DNA of 64,000 nt, from the NCBI GenBank assembly GCA_963843555.1, contig CAWJKV010000004.1, positions 1 through 64,000 of the forward strand, given 5' to 3'. The DNA is from an uncultured Methanosarcinales archaeon (GTDB lineage: Archaea > Halobacteriota > Methanosarcinia > Methanotrichales > Methanotrichaceae). Of the stretch, positions 62,839 through 64,000 are shown piece by piece (position 1 is the stretch's first letter; every line of letters begins with the position of its first letter). Position numbers and translations under genes: made by a program. Below the pieces are notes generated by a model. The model worked only from the letters and a program-made list of their open reading frames with translations. It was not told the DNA's origin and made no database searches.

Positions 62839-63484
62839 AACGTTTCACCCTCCTATCCAGAAGGTCTTGCAGCATTTCCGATTCATCTTTAGACAATTGC
62901 GAGTACTTCACCGGCGCCAGGGAGGAGAGGCGACAGCCTGAATCATCCTTGACCAGCACTATATCAACTAATGGCAGCCTGAAGACCTCATATATCTTCT
63001 CTGCAATAGTTGCTGCCTTCTCGCAACAGTTTATGCTCTTGCCGAATATGGAGACGCATCTAGCAACGGTTGAGTTGTCGCTTATCTTCTGATAGCAGAA
63101 GGGGTATCTGCCCCGGTTGGTGACATGCTTGATGACCTTCTTCGCCTCCTCATGATCGCTCACCAGGAAGTTGTCTGAGGGAGTGGAGAAGTAGTTCAGG
63201 CCATAAATTATGGCGGGAAGCGGTACAAACTGATAGGATATCGTCCAGTCGCAGACCTGGATGCCTGCCAGCTTCGCCTTCTCCAAGCAGATGGGAACAA
63301 TATATGCATCCAGCACATCGCTGCTGCTGGGCGTGGTCTTGATTCCCTCATTTTCATTCTGGACGATGGCGTAGTACGGCTCTGTCTTGTAGAAGTAACT
63401 CTCATTAACAATATATTGAGAGTCATTCTCCTTCAAGGTGTACATGATATCCTTTTTAGGAATATGATCTCGTCGTTGGTTCAT
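62831..63484 (-). CDS. Probable RimK-like ATP-grasp N-terminal (RLAN) domain protein
   Basis: YIVNESYFYKTEPYY...PSSSDVLD pattern, FRLPLVDIVL; overlaps the RimK gene start. Confidence 0.6.
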   Translation of the reverse strand: MNQRRDHIPKKDIMYTLKENDSQYIVNESYFYKTEPYYAIVQNENEGIKTTPSSSDVLDAYIVPICLEKAKLAGIQVCDWTISYQFVPLPAIIYGLNYFSTPSDNFLVSDHEEAKKVIKHVTNRGRYPFCYQKISDNSTVARCVSIFGKSINCCEKAATIAEKIYEVFRLPLVDIVLVKDDSGCRLSSLAPVKYSQLSKDESEMLQDLLDRRVKRFE

Positions 63485-63847
63485 TTAAATCATCACCGCA
63501 TGATCTGCGTGTGAGAAAACAGACTTATTATATTGGGAGAATTCGTTCCCGCCAGGTCCAATTTTTGGCTCTGTTGAGAATTTCCGTGCGTACGATACCC
63601 TACGGTGTCTACTAAGACTACGGTGCCTGTCTGGATCGGATGCCATTTCATTCTCTGAAATTTGGATCTCCTCTATCTGACAAAGCTAAATAATAGTATT
63701 TATCTTTGTCGACCGTTGATTGATGCGCCAGGATATTTCGCAATCCCTGATTCTGTCTGCAGATTAAAATTCATGAAGATTACTCCACGGGAGTGCCTCT
63801 TTCGCGAGTAAGTCGAATGGCAGCAATGTCTGCTATCTCGAAAGATG

Positions 63848-64000
63848 TCAACCAATTTTTTCCAGGATATCAGTCATCTCTTCCAGGCTTGTCGTGGGGA
63901 GCTGGCAGACGTGATCTGAGCAGATGTATGCCGTCGCCTTCCCCTCCAGTTGGACCAAATCTTTTGTAAATGGCGATATCTCAACGATCTCCCGACCCGA
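63848..64000 (-). CDS. C-terminus of a YyaL/SSP411-like thioredoxin-domain protein (partial)
   Basis: LEGKATAYICSDHVCQLPTTS...LEKIG*. Confidence 0.7.
   Translation of the reverse strand, partial: SGREIVEISPFTKDLVQLEGKATAYICSDHVCQLPTTSLEEMTDILEKIG

Noticed and set aside
63590..63630. CTACGGTG direct repeats upstream of the RLAN gene
   Set aside because: Only two 8-bp copies plus a degenerate one; too weak to call without comparative data.

Overview
Chromosomal region of a methanogenic euryarchaeon, most likely Methanothrix/Methanotrichaceae (inferred from fwdGBD, mch, ycaO-tfuA, methanogenesis markers 2 and 4, archaeal PolD, aIF1, aIF5A and Lsm). Most of the content is housekeeping: arginine synthesis (argF, argC, argJ, argH), late cobamide genes (cobZ-cobS-cobY), nadA, dinB, Tex and PolD. 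At least 15 genes, including the essential PolD large subunit, are split by small indels, which points to long-read consensus errors rather than real pseudogenes. The strongest unexplained signal is a ~290-nt non-coding element present twice, 31 kb apart (28804-29099 and 59723-60003). Both copies lie between convergent genes and share a long stem whose substitutions preserve pairing only on the + strand (G-U wobbles). Also notable: a sulfur-trafficking gene run (UPF0280, cysE remnant, HTH regulator, larE, Cys desulfurase, fdhD, ncsA); an RLAN / RimK ATP-grasp / YkgJ / GCS2 peptide-ligase cluster; a secreted protein with eight Cys/Met-rich 16-aa repeats; a structured leader upstream of the PolD operon; a probable TFE-beta gene; and a small toxin-antitoxin/nuclease island. 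No tRNA, rRNA, CRISPR array or transposase was recognised. All family assignments come from motif recognition by eye; no searches were run.
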